From Pelagibacteraceae bacterium AG-426-G02 (GTDB lineage Bacteria > Pseudomonadota > Alphaproteobacteria > Pelagibacterales > Pelagibacteraceae), in the NCBI GenBank assembly GCA_003213155.1, contig QCNQ01000004.1, positions 638 to 64,637 of the forward strand: a DNA stretch of 64,000 nucleotides. The letters are read 5' to 3'. Numbering within the stretch: the stretch's first letter is position 1; the number at the start of each line of letters is the position of its first letter. Below the pieces are notes generated by a model that was not told the origin of the DNA, made no database searches, and worked only from the letters and a program-made list of their open reading frames with translations. Shown in pieces: positions 63,071 through 64,000 of this stretch. A program made the translations under genes and the position numbers.

Positions 63071-63784
63071 GTGATTAATGATTATTTAAGAAAAATAAAT
63101 AGTTTTTTTAAATACTATTTTTACTTTTTTAAAAATTATAAATTAATTAAAAATTCTAAAAGTTTCTCTCAAGAGGGGGAAGATAAATTTTTATTAGAAT
63201 ATTTTAAGGATCGAATTAATGGATTTTATATTGATGTTGGAGCTTTTCATCCTTACAGAATTAATAATACCTATTTACTTTATAAAAAAGGATTTAGGGG
63301 TATCAATATTGATATAAGTGCTACATCAATAGATTTTTTCGATATTGCTAGACCTGATGATATAAATCTAAATGTTGGAGCATCAGATAAGTTTGAGAAA
63401 AAAATTTTTTTTTCTAAGAAAAATTTGTCTTTTCATAATACTTTATCAAAATCTTTAGCTGAATCTGAAATGCAAACAGAACCCTTTAAAAAAAAATATT
63501 CTATTTCATGTAAACGATTAGATGAGATTATTGAGGAAACAAAATTTTCAAATAAAACAATAGATTTTTTAAATATTGATGCTGAAGGTTATGATTATCA
63601 AGTTTTATTAGGTTTAGATTTAAAGAGATATAACCCTGAAGTTATTTGTATTGAAATTTCACCATTGGTAAACAAGAAAAATGAGCACTATAAGGACACG
63701 AGAATTTATGAACATCTTTTGAAACATGGATACAAATTATCTTGGAAGGGTTTTAATTCATTTATTTTTACTTATCAAAAGTAA
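63071..63784 (+). CDS. FkbM family methyltransferase
   Basis: SQEGED, GFYIDVGAFHP, IDFLNIDAEG. Confidence 0.88.
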   Translation: MINDYLRKINSFFKYYFYFFKNYKLIKNSKSFSQEGEDKFLLEYFKDRINGFYIDVGAFHPYRINNTYLLYKKGFRGINIDISATSIDFFDIARPDDINLNVGASDKFEKKIFFSKKNLSFHNTLSKSLAESEMQTEPFKKKYSISCKRLDEIIEETKFSNKTIDFLNIDAEGYDYQVLLGLDLKRYNPEVICIEISPLVNKKNEHYKDTRIYEHLLKHGYKLSWKGFNSFIFTYQK

Positions 63785-64000
63785 TTTGGATTTCCTTTCC
63801 TCTTTTACGATTTTTGAAATCTAACCCTTTTATTGGATATTTTCTTCTAGCTTTTTTATTTTTTATCTTAAATTTGTTTGGATTTATTAATGTCATTTCA
63901 ATTACTTGTGGAATACCAAATTCATCAACCATTCCAAAATTATTGGCATTAATATGAATATTTTTTAATTTTGTTTGACTGATGAAATTTTTAATTTTTT
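63768..64000 (-). CDS. 3' end of a probable FkbM-like methyltransferase (partial)
   Basis: Manual translation ...NIHINANNFG...PQVIEMTLIN...YPIKGLD...ITFDK*; start lies beyond the window. Confidence 0.55.
   Translation of the reverse strand, partial: KIKNFISQTKLKNIHINANNFGMVDEFGIPQVIEMTLINPNKFKIKNKKARRKYPIKGLDFKNRKRGKEIQITFDK

Overview
Very AT-rich, densely packed alphaproteobacterial chromosome segment. Gene content, tiny intergenic spacers and a permuted two-piece tmRNA fit Pelagibacterales (SAR11); the taxon is an inference. Core-type blocks lie at both ends: liv ABC transporter, rhtB/lysE and grxC on the left; msrB, mreBCD-mrdA-rodA, leuA/ilv, miaA, degP, hflKC, mrp, thyX and ssrA on the right. 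Between them is a ~35 kb cell-surface island (4100-39351) with a near-complete type IVa pilus set and two autotransporter-like proteins. Interleaved with these is a partner-switching circuit with no sigma factor gene in the window: three PP2C/SpoIIE phosphatases (CHASE2-, Amt- and GAF-fused), two STAS proteins and one RsbW-like kinase. The most striking observation is a PilM-PilN fusion carrying an N-terminal domain that resembles an integrase arm-type DNA-binding domain. Directly upstream of its gene is an array of eight CTCTAACACAA motifs (4 direct, 4 inverted, mostly 20-23 bp apart) with a near-consensus IHF site. This suggests a domesticated att/arm-site module linking this locus to the pilus machine. 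All family assignments were made by eye, without database searches.
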